Below are positions 47,661 through 58,581 of a DNA stretch of 64,000 nt, piece after piece. The notes under the pieces were generated by a model. The model did not search any database. It was not told the DNA's origin and saw nothing but the letters and a program-made list of their open reading frames with translations. The stretch spans positions 1,440,001 through 1,504,000 of the forward strand of contig OY762926.1 in the NCBI GenBank assembly GCA_963666735.1. Direction: 5' to 3'. This DNA comes from Gemmatimonadota bacterium. GTDB lineage: Bacteria; Gemmatimonadota; Gemmatimonadetes; Palauibacterales; Palauibacteraceae. Each line of letters opens with the position of its first letter. The first letter of the stretch is position 1. The position numbers and the translations under genes are program-made.

Positions 47661-48232
47661 TGCGGTCCGCGCGGCGACGGTCGGCCTCCGGATCGTGGCG
47701 GCGCGTCGCGTTCGCCGCAGCCGTGCTCGCCGCGGCCGGGGTCGCGCTCCCGGCGGCCCCCGCCGCCGCCCAGACCGTCGACGGGGCCCTCGCCGGCATC
47801 GAACGGCCCGCCGCCCCCGGCGACCCGGTCCGCACCGCGGAAATCGACCAGCGGACGGCGGAGATCGGCGCCACTCTGCGTTGCCCCATCTGCCGCCAGC
47901 AGTCCATCGCGGAGTCCTCGGCCCGCATAGCGCGCGAGATGCAGGACCTGATCCGCACCATGCTGATGGAGGGCCGCACCGCGGAGGAGATCGAAGCCTA
48001 CTTCGTCGAGGCCTACGGCCCCTGGATCCTCCTCAAGCCCCGGGCCGAGGGCATGAACCTCTTCGTCTACATCGGCCCGGCGGTGGCCTTCCTTCTCGGC
48101 GGGTTTCTCGTGGCGCGCCGTATCCGACGGGGCCGGAGTCGCGACGCCGCGGAGGGCGTCGAGCCGGGTACGCCCGACCACCTGCGGAAGGCGGACCGCA
48201 GGTGGATCGAGGCCGCGATCAAGGGGTCCTGA
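47660..48232 (+). CDS. ccmH: Cytochrome c biogenesis protein CcmH
   Basis: LRCPICRQQSIAES, YFVEAYG..IL..P and a C-terminal TM; TGATG overlap with ccmG. Confidence 0.92.
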   Translation: MRSARRRSASGSWRRVAFAAAVLAAAGVALPAAPAAAQTVDGALAGIERPAAPGDPVRTAEIDQRTAEIGATLRCPICRQQSIAESSARIAREMQDLIRTMLMEGRTAEEIEAYFVEAYGPWILLKPRAEGMNLFVYIGPAVAFLLGGFLVARRIRRGRSRDAAEGVEPGTPDHLRKADRRWIEAAIKGS

Positions 48233-48241
48233 GCGCCGGGA

Positions 48242-48261
48242 GACGTTCCCGCGGGAGCGTC
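48242..48261. repeat. Palindrome GACGTTCCCGCGGGAGCGTC (copy 3, one mismatch; between convergent ccmH and acnA)
   Basis: Read directly; could also act as a terminator hairpin. Confidence 0.65.
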
Positions 48262-48287
48262 CCGGCGCGACTCCGGAGTCCGCCGGC

Positions 48288-51071
<2,784 letters not shown>

Positions 51072-51171
51072 GGTGGACCTCATCGAGACGGCGAAGAGTT
51101 GTTATGCTGTGGGGCAAAGGGCAACGTATCGAATCCGAGGCCTCCGATCGACCGGAGAGCGGGGCTTCAGG

Positions 51172-51200
51172 TTGAACATGAAGGTAGTTGCGAATAAACT
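51172..51200 (+). promoter_or_regulatory. Sigma70-like promoter TTGAAC-17-TAAACT
   Basis: Exact 17-nt spacing in an AT-richer intergenic stretch upstream of the binding-protein gene. Confidence 0.5.
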
Positions 51201-51277
51201 ATGGCGTCGGTCGGTCGCCACACGACGGATCGGCCTTGGCGACGCGGATGGCCACCCACGTAGGCAAGGAGAGGGTA

Positions 51278-52717
51278 TTGTCCGGAAGTCGAAAAGGGAT
51301 AGAGCCTTCCGAAGGACCTCCGCTGCCGGATCGCGATCCGGGTCGCGGTCCGGCAGGGTCGACGCCGCCACCCGGCGGACTCCTGACGCGCCGCTCGGCG
51401 ATCCGCGCCGGGCTCGCCGGTCTGCTCGGCGCGCCCTTCGCCACATCGCTCAGCGCATCCGCCGCCTCCTCTTCCCGGCCGCTCGCTCCCGGCTTGCGCT
51501 GGAGCGGAAGGAGCCAGGCGCAGCCGGACGACGAGATCCTCCTCGGCGTGTCCGCGGCCTTTTCCGGGCCCTCGCGGGGACTGGGCACCGAGCTGTATCG
51601 CGGGGCGATGTCCTGTTTCGGGCAGGTCAACGAGCAGGGCGGCGTCAACGGCCGGCGGATTACTCCCAAGCTCTACGATGACGGCTACCAGCCCGATCCG
51701 TGCGTGGAGAACACGCTCAAGCTAATGCTGGAGGATGAGGTCTTCCTGCTGTTCGGCTACGTCGGCACGCCGACCGTGACCCGCGTCCTGCCGCTGCTGA
51801 AGAAGTTCCAGGACCAGCAGATGTACATCTTCTTCCCCTTCACCGGCGCGCAGCCGCAGCGTGAGCCGCCGTACGGGGAGTTCGCCTTCAACCTGCGCGC
51901 CTCCTACGGCCAGGAGACGGCCGGCCTCGTCGACAACTTCGTCCGCATCGGGCGACGGCGCATCGCCGTCTTCTACCAGGCCGACGCCTACGGGCGCAGC
52001 GGCTGGGCCGGCGTGAGGGCGGCGCTGGCACGGCACGGGGAGACCATCGCAGGCGAGGCCACCTACCGGCGAGGCACGCAGTTCACGAGCATCATGCGGC
52101 CGCAGGTCGAGATCCTGCAGGAGGCCGAGCCCGATGCGGTCATCTGCGTGGGGGCGTACGCCGCCTGCGCCGCCTTCGCCCGCGACGCGATGGACCTGGG
52201 TCTGCACGTGCCCATCGCGAACCTCTCCTTCGTGGGCAGCGAGAACCTGCTCTCCCTCCTCGTGGATGCGAGCCGCGACGACCCGGCCCATTACACGCCG
52301 TGGCTCGTGAATTCGCAGGTCGTGCCCAGTTACGAGGACACGACGATTCCGGCCGTGCCCGAATACCGGGATCTGATGGACCGCTACGATCCACAGGTGC
52401 CGGAGGAGCTGGTGGTGGAACCGTACGACCCGTTCCCGTACAGCTTCACGAGCCTCGAGGGATACCTGGATGCGAAGCTGCTGACGGAAATCCTGCGTCG
52501 GATTGACGGCACACCGGAGCGCGGCAAGCTGAACGACGCGGTGTTCTCGGTGCGGAATTACGATCTGGGGATCGGCGAAATGGTCTCGTTCGGGCCCGAC
52601 CGACGGCAGGGTCTCCAGAGCGTCTACCACACTGTCGTGGAGGACGGCCGCTTCGTCACCCTCAACGACTGGGAAGCCAAGTTCGGCCTGAACGCGACGA
52701 GCGACGGGGCCTCGTGA
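51278..52717 (+). CDS. Tat-exported periplasmic binding protein (type I, LivJ-like)
   Basis: LTRRSAI twin-arginine signal; GGVNGR.I..YDDGY.P, GYVGTPT, NLRASY and QADAYG; SD AAGGAG before TTG 51278. Confidence 0.88.
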   Translation: MSGSRKGIEPSEGPPLPDRDPGRGPAGSTPPPGGLLTRRSAIRAGLAGLLGAPFATSLSASAASSSRPLAPGLRWSGRSQAQPDDEILLGVSAAFSGPSRGLGTELYRGAMSCFGQVNEQGGVNGRRITPKLYDDGYQPDPCVENTLKLMLEDEVFLLFGYVGTPTVTRVLPLLKKFQDQQMYIFFPFTGAQPQREPPYGEFAFNLRASYGQETAGLVDNFVRIGRRRIAVFYQADAYGRSGWAGVRAALARHGETIAGEATYRRGTQFTSIMRPQVEILQEAEPDAVICVGAYAACAAFARDAMDLGLHVPIANLSFVGSENLLSLLVDASRDDPAHYTPWLVNSQVVPSYEDTTIPAVPEYRDLMDRYDPQVPEELVVEPYDPFPYSFTSLEGYLDAKLLTEILRRIDGTPERGKLNDAVFSVRNYDLGIGEMVSFGPDRRQGLQSVYHTVVEDGRFVTLNDWEAKFGLNATSDGAS

Positions 52718-53454
52718 GCCAGCCGGAAGCAAACGAGATCCGGATCAAGAAGCTCTTTCGAAGGACGCGCTTCGGCATCTTCGTCCTCTTCGGAGGAATC
52801 GTCGTCTCCACTTCCACGCTCTCGATCCGCACGGTCTCGAGCCAGCTGTCGGAGGAGTACGAGAGCAACAGCGCGAACATCGCCAAGAACATCGCCGACT
52901 CCAGCGTCGACATCCTCCTCAACCGCAACCTCGCCACGCTGCAGTCGCTCATCGACCAGTTCGTCGAGATCCAGAGCATCCGGTACATCTACATCACGAG
53001 CGACACCGGCGAGATCCTGACCCATACCTTTGTGCCGGGCGTCCCGGACGTGATCCGCGCGGGCGATCCGCACGCCACCGAGCCGATCGAGCGCAGCCTG
53101 CCCGGGATGGGGGATTTCGTCGAAGTCGGGAGTCCGATCCTGGCCGGCCAGGCCGGCACCGTGCACGTGGGGATGGACCTCGACCTCGTGCGGCTCAAGA
53201 TCCAGCGGGCCACGGGCCAGCAGATCTACCTCATCTGCATCATCCTCATCCTCGGCGTCCTTGGTTCGATCTGGTTCTTGAAACTCGCGGTTACGCCGCT
53301 GGAGGATCTGCTCTCGTACGTGGTGAAGCTGGCGCGCCGTGACGAAGACACGGAGACCGATGCGAAGGTGCTGGCGCGCGATGACGAGATCGGTGAGATG
53401 GCCCGCCTCATGCTGCACGCCGTGAAGGGCGAGACGGCGCCGGGAGCGGACTAG
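52714..53454 (+). CDS. Two-TM membrane sensor with periplasmic domain and terminal HAMP, no output domain
   Basis: TM1, ~130-aa Cache-like region, TM2, then TPLEDL...RDDEIGEMAR and a stop shortly after. Confidence 0.8.
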   Translation: MSQPEANEIRIKKLFRRTRFGIFVLFGGIVVSTSTLSIRTVSSQLSEEYESNSANIAKNIADSSVDILLNRNLATLQSLIDQFVEIQSIRYIYITSDTGEILTHTFVPGVPDVIRAGDPHATEPIERSLPGMGDFVEVGSPILAGQAGTVHVGMDLDLVRLKIQRATGQQIYLICIILILGVLGSIWFLKLAVTPLEDLLSYVVKLARRDEDTETDAKVLARDDEIGEMARLMLHAVKGETAPGAD

Positions 53455-53455
53455 G

Positions 53456-54754
53456 GTGTCCTCATCCTCGGAGGGCTGGAAGGCGCCCCGAGTCGTGATC
53501 GCCCTCTTCTGCACCGTCCTGCAGATCTGCTTCGGCACGGTCTACGCCTGGAGTTTCTTTCAGACGATGCTCGTCCGTCAGGCGGGCTGGACGTTCACCC
53601 AGGGATCGCTGGCCTTCTGCATCGCCATCTTCTCTCTCGGGACGGCGGCGGCATGGGCGGGCCAACTGCTGCCCAAGGTGGGGCCCCGGCGTCTCGCCCT
53701 CATCGGAAGCACTCTGTTCGCGGGCGGCTACGTCATCGCGAGCTTCGCGTTGCGGCTCGACTCGATTCTCCTCTTCTACGCAGGGTACGGGCTCATCGGC
53801 GGGATCGGCATCGGACTCGGATACGTGACGCCCGTCACCACGGCCGCGAAGTGGTTCCCGGACCGGAAGGGGCTCGTCACGGGAATCGTCGTGATGGGCT
53901 TCGGCATCGGGGCGCTCCTCCTGAGCAAGGGTCTCGCACCCCTGCTGGTGCTGCAGACGGAGGGCGATCTGCCGCAGGTCTTCCTGTGGCTGGGGATCGT
54001 GTTCGCCTGCATCCTCATCCCCAGCAGCTTCGTCATCGACGATCCGCCCGCCGCCCAGGTCGCGCCGTGGAAGCAGCCCGCGCAGGTGGGCCCGTATCTG
54101 AAGTCCAGCCAGTTCGTCATCATCTGGATCGTCTTCTTCTTCAACATCGCGGCGGGCATCTCGGTCATCAGCTTCCAGTCCGAACTGCTGCAGGAGGTGT
54201 GGGGGCTGGCCGACCCCACCGTCGAACCGGCGGTGCTGGCGGAGTACGGCGCGACGCTCATCGCGGCGAGTTCCCTGTGCAACGGGCTGGGGCGGATCCT
54301 GTGGGCGTGGCTCTCCGACCGCGTCGGACGCGTGGCGGTGTTCCGCATGCTGCTCGCGAGCCAGATGGTCGTGTTCGGCGTCCTCATGACCGAGTCCAAC
54401 CCGTGGATCTTCTCCGCGCTCGTGTGCTACGTGCTGCTCTGCTTCGGCGGCGGGTTCGCGACCATGCCGTCGTTCATCCTCGAGGTGTACGGTCCCAGGA
54501 ACATGTCGAAGGTCTACGGCGCGATCCTGACTGCGTGGGCGGCAGCCGGCATCTGCGGCCCGCTGTACGTCGGATACCTGAAGGACAGCTACCCGGACCG
54601 GGCGGTCATGTACTGTTTCCTGATCGGGATCCTGATGCTGGGCGCGGGCTACCTGTTCTCGTACCTGATCGACGATGACCGCGTCCGACTGGGCCGCCCG
54701 ACGGTGAAGCAGACCCTGGAGCGCTACCGGATCCCCGTCCCCGACCGGTCCTGA
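53456..54754 (+). CDS. OFA (oxalate:formate antiporter) family MFS transporter
   Basis: GTVYAWS, GIGLGYVTP..KWFPDRKGL.TG..V.GFG, NGLGR, FGGGF..P and YG.ILTAW. Confidence 0.9.
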   Translation: MSSSSEGWKAPRVVIALFCTVLQICFGTVYAWSFFQTMLVRQAGWTFTQGSLAFCIAIFSLGTAAAWAGQLLPKVGPRRLALIGSTLFAGGYVIASFALRLDSILLFYAGYGLIGGIGIGLGYVTPVTTAAKWFPDRKGLVTGIVVMGFGIGALLLSKGLAPLLVLQTEGDLPQVFLWLGIVFACILIPSSFVIDDPPAAQVAPWKQPAQVGPYLKSSQFVIIWIVFFFNIAAGISVISFQSELLQEVWGLADPTVEPAVLAEYGATLIAASSLCNGLGRILWAWLSDRVGRVAVFRMLLASQMVVFGVLMTESNPWIFSALVCYVLLCFGGGFATMPSFILEVYGPRNMSKVYGAILTAWAAAGICGPLYVGYLKDSYPDRAVMYCFLIGILMLGAGYLFSYLIDDDRVRLGRPTVKQTLERYRIPVPDRS

Positions 54755-55182
54755 CGCTTCACCGAGGACCGGTCCGCAGGAACGGCGGCGAACGCTTCGA
54801 CAGGTACCGGGATGTTCGGGACTCCGGCCAGCCGACGGTTCGTGGTGAGCAGGGGAGCTTCGAGGATCTCGGCCAACGTCACGTAGGCAGCGTCGTACGC
54901 GGTGAGGTTGTGGCGGCGGCGCCAGACCCTCGACAGGAGCGGCTCGTGTCCGTGTCGCCGCACATCGAGGTCGAGCAGGTTGCGATACGCCTCGTCGGCG
55001 CGGTTCGGTGAGACCGCACCCGTTCTTTCATACCGGCGAAGCACATGCAGAACCTCGAGGTCCAGGAGTTCCGGGCCATGCAGCGAGATCCCGGGATCGA
55101 AGATTCGTTGCATGATTCGGGCGCCGGAGCGCGTGCCCAGTACCAGCTCCACGACCGCGGATGCATCCAGGACGGCGACCAC
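54724..55182 (-). CDS. vapC: PIN domain VapC toxin
   Basis: VLDASAVV, LDLEV, NLTAYDAAYV.LAE and LLTTNRRL (the usual D is N). Confidence 0.9.
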   Translation of the reverse strand: MVAVLDASAVVELVLGTRSGARIMQRIFDPGISLHGPELLDLEVLHVLRRYERTGAVSPNRADEAYRNLLDLDVRRHGHEPLLSRVWRRRHNLTAYDAAYVTLAEILEAPLLTTNRRLAGVPNIPVPVEAFAAVPADRSSVKRQDRSGTGIR

Positions 55183-55188
55183 GCGGCG

Positions 55189-55395
55189 TCAGCGCCGCTC
55201 CCGTGCTTCGCGAAGGACCTCGCCGGGCGGGGGATCGACGTCGATCGGCGGGAGCCGGGCGATGCGGGCGAACAGTTCTGCGCGCGTGGGCTTCTCCAGA
55301 GACCGGCGGATCTCGCGGAGGACGAAGTCCGACATCGACGTGCCGGCGAGCGCCGCACGCGACTTGAGCCGCCGGTGCAGCTCTGCTGTACACAT
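55189..55395 (-). pseudogene. FitA/VapB-like RHH antitoxin lacking its N-terminal beta-strand
   Basis: MCTAELHRRLKSRAALAGTSMSDFV...; no IQIRNVP-type strand; TTGACA directly abuts the residual ORF. Confidence 0.65.
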
Positions 55396-56302
55396 GTCAA
55401 GTAACAGACACCGCGTCGCCGCAGCGGCGCTTGCGACGACGTTTTCGCTGGGCGGTTCCTGCGATTCGCCGGCCTCTCCCGTGCCCCCGCTGGACGTGGC
55501 GTGGGCGCCGGCCGCGCCCGTGCAGGGGCACCTCTTCGTCATCGGCGTCGCGGCGCCCTCGGGCTCGGGGGTGATTTCGGCGGTCGGCGAGGTGGGGGGC
55601 GAGCCGCTGCACTTCCGGCGCACGGGTCCAGTGCTCGAGAGTCTGGCCGCGGTCCCGGTTTCGACGGTGGACACACTCGACGCGTGGGTGCGGGCGGACT
55701 ACGCGGACGGCCGCTCTCGGACCGACTCGCTCCGCATTCCGGTGCGGGCGGGCGAATACGCACACGAGCGGCTCACCGTGGCGCCGCGCTTCGGGTCGCC
55801 GCTGAACGAGGAAGACCAGGCGCGGCTGCGGAACGATCGGGAGAAGGCCGCCCGGGCCGCCCGCGAGGCGCACGCCGCGCCGCGCATGTGGAGCAGGGTC
55901 CGCCTCCCGCGCGAATCCCGCGTGACGAGCGGGTTCGGCACGGGTCGCGAGTTCAACGGGCAGGTTACGAGCCGCCACATGGGACTGGACCTCGCCGGAG
56001 CCCGCGGCACGACCGTGACGGCCGCGGCGGACGGCGTCGTGGCGGTCGTCGACAGCTTCCTGCTCGCGGGGAACGTCGTCTACCTCAACCACGGCGGAGG
56101 CCTGCTCACCGGCTACTTCCACCTCAGCGAGCCACTCGTCTCCGTGGGCGACACGGTCACGGCGGGGACGCCCATCGGGAGGGTCGGGGCCACCGGCCGC
56201 GTCACCGGCCCCCACCTGCACTGGGTCGTGCGCTACGGGGGCACGAGCGTGGATCCGCGCAGCCTGCTCGCGCTTCCCGCGATCAGAGCCATCCCCGAAT
56301 GA
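55394..56302 (+). CDS. M23 family peptidoglycan endopeptidase (probable lipoprotein)
   Basis: GGSC lipobox-like motif; HMGLD, LNHG..YFHLS and TGPHLHW. Confidence 0.9.
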   Translation: MSSNRHRVAAAALATTFSLGGSCDSPASPVPPLDVAWAPAAPVQGHLFVIGVAAPSGSGVISAVGEVGGEPLHFRRTGPVLESLAAVPVSTVDTLDAWVRADYADGRSRTDSLRIPVRAGEYAHERLTVAPRFGSPLNEEDQARLRNDREKAARAAREAHAAPRMWSRVRLPRESRVTSGFGTGREFNGQVTSRHMGLDLAGARGTTVTAAADGVVAVVDSFLLAGNVVYLNHGGGLLTGYFHLSEPLVSVGDTVTAGTPIGRVGATGRVTGPHLHWVVRYGGTSVDPRSLLALPAIRAIPE

Positions 56303-56683
56303 TCGCCCTCCGCCCCGGCGGATAGTCCTCGAACCGTTCCCGGTACCAGCGATGGTGGCTGAGCGCCCTCGGGACGAGGTTCGCCGCCGTGAACACGAAG
56401 AAGGCGAGCCCGGCCAGCGACCACGTCGCCAGCGCCCAGCCAGCCCATTCCATCACTTCACCCAGATAGTTGGGACAGGAGACGTAGCGGAACCCGCCGC
56501 CCTGCGGGATCGAATAGCCCGTCTCTCCGGGCTTCCGCAGCTTCAGCAGGGTGTTGTCGGAGTGAAGGTTCAGGGCGAAGCCGGCCCGTAGGGAGCCTTC
56601 ATCCGGAGCAGGCCGATGAACGTCAGCGGAGCGAGCGCGAGGAGGGCCCATACCAGAGCGCCATGGAGCGTGACCTCACCCAT
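56283..56683 (-). pseudogene. 3-oxo-5-alpha-steroid 4-dehydrogenase (SRD5A-like) with internal deletion and frameshift
   Basis: N-terminal MGEV...KAPYG joins out of frame to GFALNLHSD..LRKPGETGY.IP.GG.F.YVSCPNYLGE..HHRWY. Confidence 0.85.
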
Positions 56684-56699
56684 CGCGGTCGGCGTTCCG

Positions 56700-57707
56700 C
56701 TAGAAGGGGACGACCGAGCCCAGTCCGAGATCCTCCGCCCGGCTCAGGGCCGCTTCCGCGATCGCGACATCCTGCGCGGCGTTCCCCACGGACTTGAAGA
56801 GGGTGAAATCGTGGTCGCGGCGCCCGTCCGGCGCCTGGCCGTTCACCATCTCGCCGAGTTCGGCGTCGATCACGTCGCGCCCGACGATGCCTTTCTCCAC
56901 CGGGATGATGAGGTCGCCGGCCTCCTCCCAGATCGCCTCGCGCTGGTCCACGATCACGCGGGAGCGCGTGACGATCTCCTCCGGGATCTCGCGCGTGTGA
57001 GGCTGAAAGGCACCGATCGCGTTGATGTGGGCGCCGGGTTCGAGGAGTTCGGGGGAGAACACCGGGGTTTCGCTCGTGGTCGCGGTCACGACGAGGCCCG
57101 CGCCGTCGAGCGCCTCGGCCGGCGTCGCGGCGGCTCGGATCCGGGGCGGAGCACCCCCTTCCGGCGGCACGAGCGATGCGGCTCGCTCCGTGAGCGCCGC
57201 GGCCAACTCCTCGGCGCCTTCGGGAGGGACGGAGACGATCCGGATCTCGCGCAGCGGCCGACACGCGGCCAGCAGTTCGATGTGCGCGCGACCCTGGGCG
57301 CCGGCCCCGAACGCCGCCAGCACGTCCGCCGCCGGATCGGCGAGGAGTTCCGTCGCCAGCCCGCTGCCCGCCGCCGTCCGGATCTCCGTCAGCGAGGCGC
57401 CGTCGAGGAGCGCGCGGACCCTTCCCGTCTCGACGTCCATCACGATGACCGCGCCCTGGATCATCGGCTGGCCGATGGAGAGGTTTCCGGGGAAGACCGA
57501 GACGATCTTGGCCCCGAGCCCTCCGGAGCCGCCGAGGAAGGCCGGCATGAGGAGGGTGATCCCGCGCCGGCTCTCGACGTGCCCGCGCACGGGGACCACG
57601 GCCTGCCCGCCGGACACTTCCCCGAACGCCACCCGCATCGCGTCCACCGCCGCCGCCGCGTCCACGGCGCTCTCGATGTCGACTCTGGAGAGAACTCGAA
57701 TGCTCAT
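56700..57707 (-). CDS. Ornithine cyclodeaminase / mu-crystallin family protein
   Basis: KIVSVFPGN, LTEIRTAAGS, FGAGAQG and FKSVG.A.QD. Confidence 0.92.
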   Translation of the reverse strand: MSIRVLSRVDIESAVDAAAAVDAMRVAFGEVSGGQAVVPVRGHVESRRGITLLMPAFLGGSGGLGAKIVSVFPGNLSIGQPMIQGAVIVMDVETGRVRALLDGASLTEIRTAAGSGLATELLADPAADVLAAFGAGAQGRAHIELLAACRPLREIRIVSVPPEGAEELAAALTERAASLVPPEGGAPPRIRAAATPAEALDGAGLVVTATTSETPVFSPELLEPGAHINAIGAFQPHTREIPEEIVTRSRVIVDQREAIWEEAGDLIIPVEKGIVGRDVIDAELGEMVNGQAPDGRRDHDFTLFKSVGNAAQDVAIAEAALSRAEDLGLGSVVPF

Positions 57708-57712
57708 TCGGA

Positions 57713-58174
57713 TCAGGCTCGCCTCGCAAAAAGGATGAACGCGGCGAATGCGCGCTTGTCACGGAGCTCAGAACTCTCCAGCCGCTCGATAGCGTTCTCG
57801 CAATCTTCGATGTCCGCCATCACTTCGCTCCGGATGAGACTCGGAGATGGATGATAGTCCGCCCGATGCCGCTTGTCCTGCATCTCCGTGAACACATTGG
57901 CGAAATCGACGATGGGCTGTGGAAAACCGAACCTGTCGACCTGTGCACATCTCTTCTTGCTGCTTCCATGATCGAGAGCCCTGTACACCTGCCTCCAGGC
58001 GGCGTCGCTCCGCTGCGCACCCGCGGTGCCGATGAAGCTGTCCGCACACGTCCGCATCACACAGTGAAACAGGGCGTAGTAGGCGGCACTAACTGCGCAG
58101 CGCAAGTCGGCTTGGCGCGGTTTGTATGGAGTGCCGCTCGCCAGTTCCCTTGCCGTCTCGATGAGTTCAAGCAT
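57713..58174 (-). CDS. HEPN-domain protein (putative RNase toxin)
   Basis: AVSAAYYALFH, YRALDH and KRHRADYH motifs. Confidence 0.75.
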   Translation of the reverse strand: MLELIETARELASGTPYKPRQADLRCAVSAAYYALFHCVMRTCADSFIGTAGAQRSDAAWRQVYRALDHGSSKKRCAQVDRFGFPQPIVDFANVFTEMQDKRHRADYHPSPSLIRSEVMADIEDCENAIERLESSELRDKRAFAAFILFARRA

Positions 58175-58457
58175 TCAAGGCCTCGTGTTCCGCAAGATCC
58201 TCGCGCGAGACAAACGACATGATGGGGAATCGATCTTCGCCGAGTCCCCTGAGATGAGGCCGAAGATGCCGGACGAAGCCGACGCGGGCGTTTACGTCGA
58301 GCGGCTTGTCCGACCGGAAGACCGCCCTGACGTAAAGAACGGCATCGTCGTCATGGTCCGTGCCCTCGCGGATTCGAACGGAGTCGAAGACCACACCGCT
58401 GAACTGCTCGCTGAGAACCTCCCTCAGGACTGTTTCGAGCTTCTCCAGATCTGCCAT
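58167..58457 (-). CDS. Small acidic alpha/beta protein, putative antitoxin of the HEPN gene
   Basis: 96 aa, SD GAGGAGG, overlaps the HEPN start; contains DHDDDAVLYVRAVF. Confidence 0.65.
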   Translation of the reverse strand: MADLEKLETVLREVLSEQFSGVVFDSVRIREGTDHDDDAVLYVRAVFRSDKPLDVNARVGFVRHLRPHLRGLGEDRFPIMSFVSREDLAEHEALNA

Positions 58458-58581
58458 TCCGTGGGCCCTCCTCGCGCTTCAAAGTGTCGTCCGGATGCGG
58501 CCGTGCAGCTGTCATGGCGACCTTCCTCCAACCTACATGGCCACCGCCGATCCGTTCCACCCGATACTATCGTCCGGGCCA

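Noticed and set aside
58351..58515. 54-aa upstream ORF with a strong SD overlapping the HEPN partner gene
   Set aside because: Mostly an out-of-frame overlap with no recognisable features; cannot be told from chance without conservation data.
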